NCBI GenBank assembly: GCA_043228905.1
Contig: JBHGNT010000018.1
Location: 7,688,001-7,752,000 of the forward strand
Reading direction: 5' to 3'
Length of the DNA stretch: 64,000 nucleotides
DNA from: Azolla caroliniana
Lineage: Eukaryota > Plantae > Polypodiophyta
The notes below the pieces were generated by a model. It did not search any database and was not told the DNA's origin. It saw only the letters and a list, made by a program, of their open reading frames with translations. A program made the translations under genes and the position numbers. Numbering within the stretch: the first letter of the stretch is position 1; each line of letters starts with the position of its first letter. Positions 61,470 through 64,000 of this stretch are shown piece by piece.

Positions 61470-61533
61470 GTAGGGTATCAGGGCTTCTCGGACTATCACT
61501 TCCTCACTCCGCAACAGTCTGCTCTAAAAATCC
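61470..61533 (-). promoter_or_regulatory. Putative -1 frameshift signal + pseudoknot, G3
   Basis: GGATTTT TAGAGC AGACTGTTGC GGA GTGAGG AA GTGATAGTCC (14 nt) CCCTAC. Confidence 0.72.
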
Positions 61534-63587
61534 ATCCTTGTTTGGGTCAAGAGCTCTCTCTTGTTCCTTTCATGATTTTCCGGCACAATTAGGAATTGGA
61601 CGGATTTCCCTCCGCTTTGGCTCTGAATTCGTGCGAAAGCCGCACCGCTATCGACCACCTTTGTCTCCATCCGTGAAGTCGTGATAAAGGGTTGCCCGAG
61701 GATCACAGAATGTGAGATCTCGTCTTGTACAAAGAAATTTTGGTCGAACTCGACATCCCCGATCTTCACCGTCACTCCGGACAAGCCGCAAATAGATCTT
61801 TCGTTGCTTTAGTGGCCGCCCGAATCTTCCATCCATGATTGGTGTTAATAGGCCACTTCCCCTTCCAGTAGAACTCTTTGGACATCAAATTGATCTCCGA
61901 TCCGTGATCAATCAATGCTAGCACGGGCTCTTTGATGTTGCCGATTCGGACCGGAGTCTCCATAGTTGCACGCGCCTAGTGTGGCTTTGAATAGTGGGAA
62001 TTCGGAATCTCGTCCTCCACTTCGGTGTCGTTCATCAGAATGGTATTTTCATTCACCATCGACGCATTTTCCTCTGTAGTTTGTCTTTTTCTTTTTACGA
62101 GATCCACAAGAAGATCATGGAACTCCTTTTTTGCTATTCCGAGTAGTTCTCGAAGTGAAAAATCTACCCGTCTGTCGAGGATTCTCACCTCGAACACTTT
62201 CTTTATGTCCGTCCGTTGCTCGATGTCCGAAGCGAGTTTGAATGTCGGAATCGATTTTCCTTTCCCTCTTTTGTCGGAGTTCCAGCTCTCCGGTGTCTTC
62301 GATGGTCCAGCCGCATCCTCCGTGCGTCGCCGCTTCTCGTCCACATACACCTCATGTAATTGACATAGGGCGTGGCGTATATGCTATTCTTATCGATGGG
62401 GCACTCCCATCCCGTAGCTTCCTGGATGCCTTCCGCGGTGCTTCTGATCTCATTGGAGTCGGTTTTCTCGGTGTTTTCTAGCACTTCCAACCAAAAAGAC
62501 ACCTTTGCTCCCGATGACTCCCCGACACGTATTCCCGCGGTTGTCGCGTAATTTCTCTTAACTGCTATTTCCTCCTCTAGGACCTTCTTCATGCCGCCTT
62601 TTCGGAAGTTCGATCGGAGCGGCTTCCGAGAGTCCATCAAATGAATCCGATTTCCCTCATAGTAGATAAGATCCCGTCATAGCGCTTCCTTGTGCTCGTC
62701 GCAATCCCTCCGATCATGTTCGGTGCTATTGCACCATATGCACCGACGGTCCATATACTTCGAACTTGTGGGACGGTCATCCGACTTCTTCACCATCACG
62801 ATTTTTAGATTCTCCATCTCCTTCAGCAATTGCTCCACCGTAGTTGTGTTGATTCCCTTCTCGGTCGTAGCTTCCCGAGCCCGCGGTTGATGGTCTTCCG
62901 ATCCGGATCTCGGTTTCGGAATCGGTTCCGAAACCCTCTTTTCTTCGTGGGCAAGCCATTGCCCCCTCTTTGTGTATCGTGCGACGATATCCCGCACGCT
63001 TTCCCATGTTTCGGTGATACCACGATCTTGGTATTCGTGTCCTCTAGAAGCACTCCAAGATCCTTCCGGTCTCGGACGTCTACGGCTCGTAAGAACATGA
63101 TAACTTTGTCTGGTACGAGGATAGCTTGATCTCTCGCAGACAACCTCCCGAACCGACTTTCGAATGCCGAAAACACATCGAGGACCTTCATACCCTTGTC
63201 CGGCGTTTCCACCCAATCCTCGAATCCTCTCCGTGTTGCCTTGGAGGAGTTCTCGATACTGAACGTGGTCTTTAGCGCCTCTTCAAACGCTTCCCACGTC
63301 GGATTTTGTTGTCGTAGCCCGTGGACACTTGCTTGAAGCCCGTTGGTAGCCATTGGTTGAAGGATGCCACTTGCAGTCCTTCCGAAATCCCGCACCGTAG
63401 CATTTCCGCCTTATAGTCCCGAAGATAGCGGGATACGTCCTTTCCGTTGAATTGCCCGATCCGTTGCACGAGCCCCTCTACTGCCGCTGCTATCTCCGAC
63501 ATCGCACGTTGTTCCTGAAGCATCCGCTCGAACATCATCATCATGTTGTTAGCCTCCGATTGATTTTACATCTCCTTGCCACCCGTG

Positions 63588-63605
63588 TTCACGTCGGGTT
63601 CACCA
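63588..63605 (-). promoter_or_regulatory. PBS complementary to tRNA-Trp (G3)
   Basis: Identical 18-mer to the G2 PBS, 4 nt from the LTR. Confidence 0.85.
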
Positions 63606-64000
63606 CTTGTGTCGTGCCTTTCGGCTCCAAATCGTTGCGTGAATCGGGTGGGAACCACCGAGGTTTTGGACTAGGAGAAAAGAAAATTCTAAGATAATTA
63701 AGAATATGAAATATATGGTACGAAAGAAAGATATGAAAAACTCGTGAATCCCACGAGTATAGTGTATTAATTGATACTTCGAATGTAAGAGAGAAATAGA
63801 TGGCAAAATCGTGAATCCCACGAATATTTTTTTATTAATCAATCCTTGTAAAATAATCAACAACCCCCCCCATACATCTTTCTCTCCTCCTTATATAAGG
63901 ATGGAAGAGGCTAAGCATAGCTTCATGCTTTTTCTAGAGTTTTCATGCACACAAAATGTGCATGAGTTGCCTTTTTACACTATGCTTTTATTTCGTAAAT

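Larger units (their letters stand above)
50794..64000 (-). mobile_element. Ty3/gypsy G3 (same lineage as G1/G2) with nested copia A copies
   Basis: 3' LTR 50794-51529; 5' LTR from 63610 to the window end (~98% identical by eye). IN 51586-52900, RT 53300-54347 (FLDD), PR 61524-61963, gag 62000-63544. Confidence 0.92.

Overview
Eukaryotic, gene-free heterochromatic window, probably from a non-seed land plant (moss, liverwort, lycophyte or fern-like; inferred from the element types). It is almost entirely nested, decayed retroelements. These comprise: an OTA-type (Athila/Tat-like) Ty3/gypsy with an extra 3' ORF; three divergent copies (G1-G3) of an atypical Ty3/gypsy lineage; a Tcn1/Tf1-like chromovirus plus related LTRs; at least four Ty1/copia families; a two-ORF RTE/RTEX-like LINE; satellites; and a tandem array of decayed tRNA-Arg(CCT) copies. 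Four observations stand out. (1) G1, G2 and G3 all end a Gag-protease ORF with G_GAU_UUU+stop, followed by a 6-nt spacer and a conserved H-type pseudoknot, with RT-IN in the -1 frame. This is a candidate programmed -1 frameshift placed after the protease; G2 and G3 also carry a tRNA-Trp PBS. (2) Two LTR elements show Tf1-type self-priming complementarity. (3) Three different LTR families carry an antisense tRNA-like A/B-box module in U3. (4) There is a tRNA-Arg-derived tandem array. All calls were made by eye; no searches were run, and lineage names and tRNA identities are from recall.
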